Source: an uncultured Candidatus Rokubacteria bacterium (lineage in GTDB: Bacteria; Methylomirabilota; Methylomirabilia; Rokubacteriales; DASRDR01). Taken from it: 64,000 bases of DNA. The notes below the pieces were generated by a model. It was not told the origin of the DNA and ran no database searches. It saw only the letters and a program-made list of their open reading frames with translations. The stretch lies in the NCBI GenBank assembly GCA_963826115.1, contig CAWGVS010000006.1, forward strand, positions 1,152,001 to 1,216,000. The letters run 5' to 3'. Shown piece after piece: positions 45,937 to 56,138 of this stretch; positions within the stretch are counted from its first letter, which is position 1, and every line of letters starts with the position of its first letter. The translations under genes and the position numbers were made by a program.

Positions 45937-46592
45937 TCACATGTAGCCCTGCAGGCGGTAGTAGAGCCACCCCCCGACCTCCTGGGCGAGGAGCCGCGCC
46001 ACGGCCATCCGGCCCGCGGCGGTCTCCGCGTCGAGCGGGATCTCCAGCGCCGGAGCGGCGTGGACCTCGAAGCCGGCGCGCTCGAACGCCCTGCGGGCGC
46101 GCACCAGATGGAGCTGCCCGCTCACGAGCAGGATGGACCGGAGCCCGCGCGGCCGGAGCGCGGCGGCCACCCTCGACGCTCTCCTCGCGGGTCGTGTTGG
46201 CGCCGATGACCGTGAGGATCGCCGCGGGCGGGACGCCCAGGTCGCGCGCCAGCCGCGCCCGGATCTCGGGCTCCGAGGGACCGACCGGCGGCGTGGTGCC
46301 GGAGAGGACGAGGAGCGGCGCGAGCCCCTGGTGATGGAGGCGCATGCCCTCCACGAGGCGGTGGAGCGACGCGGAGTCGAGCCACCCGTCCGGCGAGAAC
46401 GCGCCGCCGAGCACGACGATGGCGTCCGCGGGCTCGATCCTGGCCGGCTCCGCGTAGCGGGTGGCGAGCCACCCGACCGCGGGCGTGAGCGTGGTCGACG
46501 ACGAAGAGGACGACCGTGACGGCGCCGAGGAGGCGGCAGGCGAGGAGGTCCGGTCGCGCGCGGACCTGTTCGGCGCGATGTGCCGCCGTCAT
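45937..46592 (-). CDS. YdcF/DUF218 (ElyC-like) protein; frameshifts near 46495 and 46172
   Basis: ADAIVVLGG, LVLSG, LGVP..AI, ANTTREE, ILLVSGQLHLVRA..AF, QEVGGWLYY spread over three frames. Confidence 0.75.
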
Positions 46593-46863
46593 CGCCCGTC
46601 GCCTCCGCGGTCTGTGTCGCCGCGGCGCCCGCTGCCGCGCCGGATCGCGCGTTGGCCCCGGCCGTGCTCTGTCCGGCGACATCCTAGCACCGGGATACCG
46701 GCCGTTCGGAAGGCGTGCGGCCGGATCGTGGGCGACGATCGAGGTGGTTGGCGCGCCCGAACGAATCGAGTGCGTGGCGGTCACGCATGCGCAACGTGCG
46801 CAACATGGCAACCGGACGCTGCGAGCGTCGCCGGCGCTCGGCCGACCGGTACGCGCCGCAGCG

Positions 46864-46879
46864 AGGTACCCTGTATGCG
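46864..46879 (+). promoter_or_regulatory. Candidate sigma54 -24/-12 promoter
   Basis: AGGTACC-CTGT-ATGCG with exact GG-N10-GC spacing. Confidence 0.45.
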
Positions 46880-47047
46880 CAGACCGTTGCACGACATAGG
46901 CACCGAGCTTCAGGGCGCTTCGACACGAGGGAGGCTGAATCGCCCGCCATTCGCTGGAAGTCGTGGCTCCATCCTCGCCTGGTTCGATCCTTGCGAGTAC
47001 CCGCGCCACGGGACTGACAGATGCGCTCGTTGAGGGCTCGAGCCGGC

Positions 47048-47559
47048 ATGCGTGATCCCAACCAGACCGACCATCCGGTCACGCGGCTCGTTCCGGAGCG
47101 AGCTCTTCCGCTACCTGCTCGACTCTCGAGGCGCAGAAGGCGCTTCGCTTTCGCTACTGCGTGTCGCTCCTGTGCCTCGAGCCGGATGTCGAAGGCGCGC
47201 GGCCCGCGGGGTGGCGCGCCAGATCGCCCGGATCATCGCGCGCCTCGTCCGGGAGACGGACGTGGCCGCGACCCTGTCGGCCTCGACGGTGGGTATTCTC
47301 CTGGTCGGCGCGGAGCCGTGCACGCTGGCGGGGATCCTCGATCGGGCGGCGAGCGCCGGCGAGCCCGGGTCGGCCGCGGTTCGCCTGCGGTCCACGGGTC
47401 GTGTCGGTGAGCGGGGGCGGGGGCTGCTACCCGTTCACGGCCTCGAGCGCGACGGAGCTGCTGCGCCAGGCGATCGACTTCATGAGCCGCGCTCGCCGGG
47501 AGGGCGGCGCCCGTCTGCTGCTGCCGCCGCTCGCGACCGCGATCGCGAGCGGCGCCTGA
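47048..47559 (+). CDS. Degenerate GGDEF-like domain protein; several frameshifts
   Basis: Fragments ELFRYLLD / QKALRFRYCVSLLCL / LVRETDVA...VGILL / VSVSGGGGCYP..A....ELLRQA resemble a GGDEF fold without the GGDEF motif. Confidence 0.5.
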
Positions 47560-47580
47560 CGCCGAGCCGCGCCAGAGACC

Positions 47581-47959
47581 CTAGGCCGACGGGTGGCGCG
47601 ACCGTCGGCAGCGCAGCCCGGAGAGCGCCTCGTCGAGGTGGTTGAGCGCCCAGGGCTTCCGCAGGACGTCGGTCACCCCGAGCTCCCGCGCCTCGGCCAG
47701 CTCCTGGTTGTTCGCATGACCCGTCAGGATGACCACCGGTAGGGCCGGATCCCGCTGGCGGATCCGTCTGAGCACCTCGACGCCGCTCGTTCCCGGCAGC
47801 CTGACATCCAGGAACACCGCCTGAGGGGCGTCGGCCGCGATGCGGTCGAGGCCTTCGGAGCCCCGTTCGGGCGACGCTCGTGCTGTGCCCCTCGAACGAG
47901 AGCACTTCGGCCAGGGCACTCGCCACCTCGGGCTCGTCCTCGATGATCAGGATCCGCAT
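47581..47959 (-). CDS. Stand-alone response regulator receiver protein; frameshift near 47860
   Basis: MRILIIEDE...; VFLDVRLPGTSG...VVILTGH...LRKPW; GAGGAG RBS. Confidence 0.85.
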
Positions 47960-48005
47960 GTGAAGGTCTCCTCAGTGGAGGTTTGACCTAGGCTAACACG
48001 GTGAG

Positions 48006-48034
48006 ATGACAGCCCACGGCCGTCGTGTTATAGA
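48006..48034 (+). promoter_or_regulatory. Candidate sigma70 promoter for the sigma54 activator gene
   Basis: ATGACA-N17-TATAGA with extended TG. Confidence 0.4.
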
Positions 48035-48125
48035 GGACCCTTCGACTCACGGGAAGGGCGCGCTTCGCGGCAAGGTGTCGCCCTCGTCGTCCTCATGAAG
48101 AAGGCTGCTTCGCCCTCCGGGCGGG

Positions 48126-49221
48126 TTGGTCGATCCGCCTGCGGTCACGACGACTACGGATAGGCGGAATCCGTATCTTTCCGAGTACTTGCCACTCTTC
48201 TCGCTCAGCCCGAAGATGCGGATCCTCACGCGGATGGTCCAGGAGGTGGCCCGAACCGACGCGACCGTGCTCGTGCTGGGGGAGAGCGGAGTCGGCAAGA
48301 ACCTGATCGCCCGCGCGATCCACGAGATCTCGTCGCGGCCGGGCCGGGCCCTTCGTGGTCGTCAACTGCGCCGCGCTGCCCGGCGAGCTGCTCGAGTCCG
48401 AGCTGTTCGGCCACGAGAAGGGCGCGTTCACCGGCGCCTACCGTCGGACTCCCGGGAAGTTCGAGTACGCGAATCACGGGACGCTGTGCCTCGACGAGAT
48501 CGGCGAGATTCCGCGCTCGCTCCAGGCGAAGCTGCTCCACGTGCTCCAGGACCTCCGGTTCTCGCGGGTTGGCGGGCACGATCCCATCCGGGTGGACGTT
48601 CGGGTCGTCGCCACCACCAACCGCGACCTCGAGGCCGCGATGCGCGCGGGCGAGTTCCGCGAGGACCTCTACTACGGCTGAACGTGCTCGAGGTCCGCGT
48701 GCCGCCGCTCCGCGAGCGCCGCGAGGCCATCGAAGGTCTCGCCGGCTACTTCCTCGGGCGGTGCAACGAGCAATACGGACGCCATGTCGCGCTCCTGCCC
48801 GAGACCGTCGCGCTCATGCTGGAGTACGCGTGGCCCGGCAACGTGCGCGAGCTGGAGAACTTCATCCGGCGCCTGGTCGTCCTGGGTGATTCGCAGCGCG
48901 CGCACGACGACATGACGTCGCGGCTCATCGCGTCCCGGAATGGCCGCCACGGCCCCGCGGCGTCCGGGACCGGCGCGCCCGACGAGGTCGACGCGCCGGT
49001 CCCAGCCTCAGAGCGCGCCCGCGCTCGCCGACCTGCTCGATCTGAAGGCCATCGCGCGCCGGGCGGCCCGGGAGGCCGAGAAGAAGGCGCTGCTCCAGGT
49101 CCTCGAGCGCGTCCGCTGGAACCGGGCGGAGGCCGCCCGCGTCCTCAAGGTGTCCTACAAGACCCTCCTCAGCAAGCTGACCGAGTGCGGAGTCCCGCCG
49201 CGGCGCAGCCGCAGTCAGTGA
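48126..49221 (+). CDS. Sigma54-dependent enhancer-binding activator (AAA+ and Fis HTH, no receiver domain); frameshifts near 48350, 48678, 49005
   Basis: [68 protein letters not shown]. Confidence 0.88.
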
Positions 49222-49233
49222 GCTGACACACGA

Positions 49234-49257
49234 ACGGCGACTCGCGAGAGTCGCCGT
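49234..49257. terminator. Hairpin between convergent genes
   Basis: ACGGCGACTC-GCGA-GAGTCGCCGT, 10-bp stem with GNRA loop; no U-tract. Confidence 0.55.
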
Positions 49258-49290
49258 CGCATCGGACCTTGGTACCGTGTCGCTCGGACG

Positions 49291-50055
49291 CTAGACCTTC
49301 CGGCGCCGCCGCGCGAACATCCCGAGGCCGGCCAGGCCGGAGCCCAGGAGCATCAGCGTGGTCGGCTCGGGAGCGGCCGCCGCATCGACCGAGAACTCGC
49401 TCAGGACGAAGTTGCCATTGGAGTCCTGGAGACCCGGGCCGCCGAACGGAAGGCTGGCGTCGGTCAGCGCCTCGAGCCGGAATCCGGTGATTCCCGTCAG
49501 ATTCGTATAGGCGAGGACCGTGTATTTCTCGTGGTTCAGGTTGTTGTCCGGGAAGGTCACAAGGAGCGACCCGTCCGGGAGCTCCGTGATCGTGTTGCCA
49601 TTGAACGAGCTGAAGATCGAGGGGTCGAGCACGGTCCAGTTCGCCGTGACGTCACCCCCGGTCGACAGGCCGTCGGCGAAGTTCGCTGTGGGGTCCGTCG
49701 TCACCGACAGACGGAATCGTCCGAGGGCGTGCTCGCTGTCCGCAGGGTTCGGACTGGGAACCGGATTGAAGAACGTGTGGTCCAGCGTGAACGTGAGTGC
49801 CGTCCCGCCAGGGAACACAGGCGTTGGCGCGACTGCCTCGAAGGCGGCCGTCTGATCCTGCCCCACGTTGGGGTAGATCGCCCAGCCGTTTTGGGCCGTA
49901 GGCGTGGCCGGGATGCCATCGATGGCCTGGCCCACCGGGAAGCCCGTCTGGGAGAAGGTTGCGGTGGCCTGCGTCAGCGGAATGGGCACGGCCTGCGCCG
50001 GCCCGGCCACGAGCAGTCCGAGAAGAACCAGACAGGTGAACATTGACAATTTCAT
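49291..50055 (-). CDS. PEP-CTERM surface protein with two beta-sandwich (discoidin/lectin-like) modules
   Basis: Signal peptide ending AQA; C-terminal APEPTTLMLLGSGLAGLGMFARRRRKV; GGAGG RBS. Confidence 0.9.
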   Translation of the reverse strand: MKLSMFTCLVLLGLLVAGPAQAVPIPLTQATATFSQTGFPVGQAIDGIPATPTAQNGWAIYPNVGQDQTAAFEAVAPTPVFPGGTALTFTLDHTFFNPVPSPNPADSEHALGRFRLSVTTDPTANFADGLSTGGDVTANWTVLDPSIFSSFNGNTITELPDGSLLVTFPDNNLNHEKYTVLAYTNLTGITGFRLEALTDASLPFGGPGLQDSNGNFVLSEFSVDAAAAPEPTTLMLLGSGLAGLGMFARRRRKV

Positions 50056-50102
50056 TCCACACGCCTCCCTAGGCCGTACGATCATGGCATCGCTCTGTGT
50101 GA

Positions 50103-50118
50103 AGCAGGTGCGATGCCA
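50103..50118 (-). promoter_or_regulatory. Sigma54 promoter for the PEP-CTERM gene
   Basis: Minus strand TGGCATC-GCAC-CTGCT. Confidence 0.7.
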
Positions 50119-50399
50119 ATTCTCTCGTGATCCCTACGTCAACGATCTCAGGTACTTACCGCTCGAGTAAGTTTCCAAAGGACATCCCGTTGCATCCCGG
50201 TAGGCACCCGAGTTCACAGAATCACGAAGTCCACGACATGCCACACGCTTCCTAGCGCATCGAGGCCGCCGGCCCTCGACTTGGAAGCAACATTCTTCAC
50301 TTGTGAAGTGATTTGCACATTCTGTGGGCCTCGCGACCCGTTCGACAATCGTGGCAATTGTAAGTAGCTGGTTTGAAAGCGATTGTCCTGAGCCAACCC

Positions 50400-50415
50400 T
50401 GGTACCCGGATTGCT
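50400..50415 (+). promoter_or_regulatory. Sigma54 promoter for the exosortase operon
   Basis: TGGTACC-CGGA-TTGCT, close to consensus TGGCACG-N4-TTGCW. Confidence 0.75.
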
Positions 50416-50431
50416 CTAGTTCTAGGCTGAG

Positions 50432-51388
50432 ATGTCGATGGATCAAGCGGGCGCGCTCGGCGAGGCCGAAGGCAAGTTCACAGGGTTGGTCGCGGTGACT
50501 GACGCGCCAACGCCGGTCCACCAGTCCATTGGCCGGCGACGGCCCGTCCCGGCGATCGCTCTCCTCGGCGTCGCCCTACTCCTGCTCTACTGGCCGGTCC
50601 TCGCCAAGCTCGTGGCGGACTGGTGGGACGACGCCAACTACTCGCACGGGTTCCTGGTTCCCATCTTCAGCGGCTACATCGTCTGGCAGCGGCGAGCGGC
50701 GCTCGCGTCCACCCTGGCGGCACCCCGTGGCACCCTGATGGGCTTGGGCCTCCTGATCGCCGGGCTGGGCCTTCTCGCCCTGGGTGAGGTGGGTGCGGAG
50801 CGATTCCTGGCCGGGAGCTCGCTGATCCCGGTCCTGGCGGGGCTGGTTCTGTATCACCTCGGCCCGGCGGCGCTCCGGGTGGTCGCGTTCCCACTGGCGT
50901 ACCTCCTCTTCATGGTCCCGTTGCCCAGCATCGCGTTCTACGCGATTGCGTTCCCGCTCCAGCAGCTGGCCGCCGAGAACGCCGCGTGGACGCTCGACCT
51001 TCTCGGGATCCCGGTTCTGCTCGACGGCAACGTGATCCACCTGAGCCAGATCACGCTCGGCATCACCGAGGCGTGCAGCGGCATCCGCTCGCTCATCTCG
51101 ATGCTGGCTCTCGCGGTCGCATGGGGCCACCTGACGCTTCCGGGGTTCTGGCCACAGGCGCTGCTCGTGGCGTCGGCCCTGCCGATCACGGTCGTGGCGA
51201 ACGCGGGCCGCGTCGTGGTGACCGGCCTCCTCGGCCAGTACGTCGGGATCGAGTACGCCACGGGCTTCTTCCACGGCTTCTCGGGCTGGGCGATCTTCCT
51301 GATCGCGTGCGCCGGACTGCTCGGAGTCCACACGCTGATCGGGATGGCCCTCGACCGGCGCGGTCGACGAGAGGCGGTGGCCTCGTGA
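50432..51388 (+). CDS. epsH: Exosortase (EpsH family)
   Basis: YSHGFLVP, FPL..LLFMVP, catalytic ACSGIRS, ANAGR, FFHGFSG; alternative start 50495. Confidence 0.92.
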   Translation: MSMDQAGALGEAEGKFTGLVAVTDAPTPVHQSIGRRRPVPAIALLGVALLLLYWPVLAKLVADWWDDANYSHGFLVPIFSGYIVWQRRAALASTLAAPRGTLMGLGLLIAGLGLLALGEVGAERFLAGSSLIPVLAGLVLYHLGPAALRVVAFPLAYLLFMVPLPSIAFYAIAFPLQQLAAENAAWTLDLLGIPVLLDGNVIHLSQITLGITEACSGIRSLISMLALAVAWGHLTLPGFWPQALLVASALPITVVANAGRVVVTGLLGQYVGIEYATGFFHGFSGWAIFLIACAGLLGVHTLIGMALDRRGRREAVAS

Positions 51389-52023
51389 CCGGGCGCGGTC
51401 GCTTCCTCGTGTCGCTGGCCCTGATCGTCGGGACGCTCGCCTTCCTCCAGCTTCGCTCGACCGGCGAGGCGATTCCCCTGCGCCGGAGCCTGGCGATGTT
51501 CCCGGCTGCGCTGGGTGAGTGGCAGGGGCGTGAGGCAACACTTCTGGACGGCGACACCCTGCGGCTTCTCAGGCCGACCGACTACCTGGTGCGGCGTTAC
51601 GCCGACGCGTCAGGGCGGAGCCTCTGGCTCTACATCGGCTACTGGGACTCCCAGCGGAAGGGCGCCCAGACTCACTCGCCGAAGAACTGTCTCCCGGGAG
51701 GGGGCTGGGAGCCACTCGAGGTCGCGCAGACGACCGTGCCCCTCGCCGACGGCCGCGCGATCCCGGCCAACCGCTTCGTGATCCAGAAGGACCGCGAGCA
51801 GCAGGTGGTGCTCTACTGGTATCAGGCGCGCGGCCGCGCGCTCGCCGGCGAGGTCGAGGCGCGTGTCGACATGGTTCGCAGCGCGCTCTTCCAGAACCGC
51901 ACCGACGGCGCCGTCATCCGGCTCTCCAGTCCCGTCTACGGCACCGTGGCCGAGACTACCGCGTGGCTCGTCCGCTACGCCCAGGCGCTCGACGGCGTGC
52001 TGGGCGAGTATTTGCCCATATGA
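51385..52023 (+). CDS. epsI: EpsI family exosortase-associated protein
   Basis: FP..LGEWQG, LYIGYW.SQ, HSPKNCLPGGGW, VLYWYQ, RTDGA. Confidence 0.9.
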   Translation: MTGRGRFLVSLALIVGTLAFLQLRSTGEAIPLRRSLAMFPAALGEWQGREATLLDGDTLRLLRPTDYLVRRYADASGRSLWLYIGYWDSQRKGAQTHSPKNCLPGGGWEPLEVAQTTVPLADGRAIPANRFVIQKDREQQVVLYWYQARGRALAGEVEARVDMVRSALFQNRTDGAVIRLSSPVYGTVAETTAWLVRYAQALDGVLGEYLPI

Positions 52024-52063
52024 GCGTTCCGCGCTCGTCGATCCGCCAAAGGGAGTGATTCGC

Positions 52064-54240
52064 ATGATTGCCGGGCTGCGTCGGTTGACACCGTCTCCTC
52101 CTTGTCTTGCTCGTTCTGGCGGGCGGATGCGCTCGCTCCCCCGAGGCGAAGAAGGCTCGCTACCTCGACCACGGCGACCACTACTACCGGAAGGAGCAGT
52201 ACCGCGAGGCGATCCTCGAGTACCGGAATGCGCTCCGGATCGATCCGGCAAACGCTCGCGCGATCGAGCAGCTCGGCCTCGCTCACTACCAGCTCGGCGA
52301 GCTCGGCCAATCGCTGCGCTTCCTCCTGAAGGCGCGGGAGCTTGCGCCGGACCACGCCGAGGTCCGCTTGAAGCTCGGGACATGTATCTCCTCGGCCGCC
52401 GGCCGGCGGAGGCGCGCCAGGAAGCCCAGGCCGTCCTTCAGCGGGACCCGCAGAACCTCGAGGCGCTGATCCTCCTGGCCAGCGCCGCGACGACCGACGA
52501 CGAGGTGGACGCGGCCATCCGGGCGGTCGAGGCCGCGCGCGGAGAGTCGGGCGGGAGCGCGCGGCTCCTCGTGGCCCTGTCCAAGCTTCACCTGCGGAAG
52601 CGCGACCTCCCGGCGACGGAGCGGTTCCTCGCGGAGGCGGTGGCGCGCGAGCCGAAGTCGGTCGAGGCCCACACGGCGATGGCCGAGCTGCTTCTCCTCA
52701 AGCGCGATCTCGCCGGCGCGGAGCGGGAGTTTCGCGTGGCGGCGGACAGCGCGCCGGCCGGGTCGGCGGCGCGGCTCAGGCTGGCCGACTTCTACGTGCT
52801 GTCGCGCCGGCCCGAGGAGGCTCGCCGCATCCTGACGGAGTCCACCGAGAAGGCGCCGGGCTACCTTCCGGCCTGGCGGAAGCTGGCCGAGCTGGCTGTC
52901 GCCGAAGGGCGCGTCGCCGACGCGGAGAAGACGCTGGACGGCCTTCTCAAGAAGAGCCCGCAGGACATCGACGGACACTTTCTCCGCGGCCGCATCTACC
53001 TGGCGAAGCGCGAGACGACCGAGGCCATCCAGGAGTTCCAGCAGGTCCTGAAGCTCGAGCCGCGGCTCGCGCCGGCCCGGTACCAGCTCGCCCTGGCGCA
53101 CCTCCAGGCTGGCAACGTGGCCCAGGCGAAGGCGGAGCTGAAGGAGGCCACCACGGTCGCGCCGAACTACGTGGAGGCCGACCCTCCGGCTGGCCCAGCT
53201 GAACCTCCAGTCCGGCGCGCCCGACGTGGCCATCGAGGACCTGGAGAAGCTGCTCGCCCGCGAGCCGCGGGCCGTCGAGGCCCACGTCCTTCTGGGGGCG
53301 GCGTACCTCGCCAAGCGCGACCCGGTCAAGGCGATGGCAGCGTTCCGCAAGATCGGGGAGATCGCTCCGAAAGACCCGCGCGGCCCCTACTACGTGGGGC
53401 AGGCGCTGGTCGCCCAGGGGAAGCGTGCCGAGGGCCGGAAGGAGCTCGAGGCGGCCCTCGATCGGGCGCCCGGATACGTGGAGCCCGCCGTCCTGCTCGT
53501 CCGGCTCGACTTCGCCGACAAGCGTCCGGATGCCGCCCTGGCGCGGGTGCAGAAGCAAGCCGAGCGCGCGCCGCGCGCCGGGGCCGTCCAGCATCTCCTG
53601 GGCCGCGTCCACGAGGCGCGCCGCGAGCTGCCGGCCGCCGAGGTCGCTTACCGAAAGGCGATCGAGCTCCAGCCCGAGCTGATGCCCGCGTATCTCGACC
53701 TGGCGCGTCTCTACGGCGACGCCGGTCGCTACGATCCGGCTCTGGAGCGCCTCGGCGAGGCTCTGAAGCGCAACCCTCGGGACCTCGGCGCGCTCATGCT
53801 GGCGGGGGTCATCCAGGAGCGGAAGGGCGATGTGAAGGCGGCCCAGGAGTCGCTGGCGAAGGCCCTCGAGGTCAATCCGCGCTTTGCCCCGGCCGCCAAC
53901 AACCTGGCGTATCTCCTGTCCGAGCACGGCGGCGACCAGGAGCGCGCCCTCCAGCTGGCCCAGGTGGCCAAGGAGGTCGCGCCCGACGAACCCCACATCT
54001 CGGACACGCTCGGCTGGATACTGTACAAGCGAGGCGTCTACCAGCGGGCGCTCGCGCTCCTCCAGGAGGCGACGCTGAAGCTGCCCGACGATCCGACCGT
54101 CCAGTACCACCTCGGAATGGCCGCCGTGAAGGCGGGCCAAACCGCGACGGCCCGCCGGGCGCTGACGACAGCCTTGGCCTCGCCGGTGAGCTTCGACGGA
54201 GAAGGACGCGGTTCGGAAGGCACTGGCGGAGCTGCGGTAG
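52064..54240 (+). CDS. Large TPR lipoprotein (PrsT-like, PEP-CTERM/EPS system); frameshifts near 52100, 52380, 53180, 54200
   Basis: LAGGC lipobox, many TPRs, AANNLAYLL, SDTLGWILY, YHLGMA; ends KDAVRKALAELR-TAG. Confidence 0.8.
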
Positions 54241-54348
54241 GGCGATCTCGGTCTCGCGGTCGCCCCAACACCACTGATATGGAAGGGTCTCTGATCATGC
54301 AGGTCATCGCAACTGTCTCGTGACCACGGATGTGCTCGCCCGACTCGC

Positions 54349-55315
54349 ATGGCATCGCTACTGGTGCCCGTGATCGTGGGCGTGTGCTTGATGTCGAGCG
54401 CCGCCACGGTCGGATCCCAGCCCGGTGGGCCCACCGTTTCGGGCTGCCCGGCCTTTCCGGCCGACAACATCTGGAACACGCGAGTCGACCGCTTGCCCGT
54501 CTATTCGCGCTCGGCGGAGTTCATCAAGACCATCGGCCGGTCGAAAGGCCTCCATCCCGATTTCGGGTCTAAGAAATGGAAGGGGGAGCCGATCGGCATT
54601 CCGTTCGTCACCGTTCCTGGCACGCAGCCGCGAGTGCCGCTGGCCGCACAGTACGCGGGCCGAGAGCGACCCCGGCCCGTATCCCATACCGGCGGGCGTG
54701 TCCATCGAAGGCGGCACGATGAGCAGCGGTGACCGCCATGTTCTCGTCGTCGACCGCGACAACTGCAAGCTGTATGAGTTGTTCAATGCCTACCCGAAGT
54801 CCGACGGAAGCTGGCGGGCCGATGCCGGCGCGATCTTCGACCTGCGGACGAACAAGCTGCGACCGTCTGGCTGGACGTCGGCAGATGCCGCCGGATTGCC
54901 GATTCTTGCGGGCCTGATCAGGTATGACGAGGTGGCGTCAGGCGAGATCCGACACGCGCTTCGTTTCACTGCGCCGGTCACGCAGCGATCCTTCGTCTGG
55001 CCGGCTCGTCACCATGCGTCGAAGAACGCGAGTCCCGATGTGCCTCCGATGGGGCAGCGGTTTCGACTGAAGGATTCCTTCGACATCTCGCCGTACCCCA
55101 AGAACGTGCAGGTCATCCTCACGGCCCTCAAGCGCTACGGGATGATCCTCTCTGACAATGGAGGAGCCTGGTTCATCACCGGGACTCCGGACCCGAGATG
55201 GGATGACGATGAAGTCAGAGCGCTGCGCCGAGTCACCGGTGACGCGTTCGAAGCGGTGGACGTGTCGGGCTTGGTCATCGAGCCGGACTCGGGAAAGGCT
55301 CGCGAGATCCGCTGA
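54349..55315 (+). CDS. Conserved secreted hypothetical protein; frameshift near 54657
   Basis: Signal peptide, CPAFPADNIWN, ESDPGPYPIP, GDRHVLV, WTSADAAGLP, IRHALRFT, LKRYGMILSDNG. Confidence 0.7.
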
Positions 55316-55342
55316 ACTGCTCCGGCCGTGATGGCCCCCGGC

Positions 55343-56138
55343 ATGAAGACCGCGATCATCTGTCACCACGACGACGCTCTCGATCGCCAGGTGCTGCCCG
55401 CGCTGGCTCGCGTCGTTCTCGGAGGTCGTGGGCATCATCTCCGTCGAGGAAGGGGTGGAGCAGAGAAGGACGAGACTCCGGCGCGAGCTCAAGCGGGTCG
55501 GCTGGACTCGGTTTGTGGATGTCCTGGCCTACCGTGTCTATCACCGATCGTTCCTGCGAAGGCGCGACGCGGCCTTCGAGACGCGGTTGCTCTCGCGACT
55601 GGCCTCGGCCTATCCCGCCGTGGCGGCGAGTCTTCCCGTGCTCACGACGTCCACTCCCAATTCACCGGAGACGCGCGCCTTCCTCGAGAGGGTGCAACCG
55701 GATCTGATGATCGCCCGGTGCAAGGTGATCTTGAAGCGCGAGATCTTCTCGGCACCTCGGCTCGGCACCTACGTCATGCATCCTGGCATCTGCCCCGAGT
55801 ATCGCAATGCACACGGATGCTTCTGGGCGCTCGCCGAGAACGACGTCGACAAGGTGGGCATGACGCTGCTGAGGGCAGACGCGGGGATCGACACCGGTCC
55901 CGTCTTCGGCTTCTTCTCGTATCCCTATGACGAAGCGACCGAATCGCACGTCACGATCCAGCGCCGGGTCGTGTTCGAGAACTTGGATCGCGTCCGGGAC
56001 ACGCTGCTGGAGATCGAGAGGGGAACGGCTCCGATCATCGACACCTCGCGGCCGGAAGTCGGCCAACTGGGGCCAGCCCTGGCTCTCGAAGTATCTGAGC
56101 TGGCGAGCGGACGGCTCAGGAGGCGCGGGGAGCCGTGA
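55343..56138 (+). CDS. Formyltransferase family protein; frameshifts near 55400 and 56050
   Basis: PDLMIA, HPGICPEYR (HPxLLP-like), GMTL...GIDTG. Confidence 0.75.
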
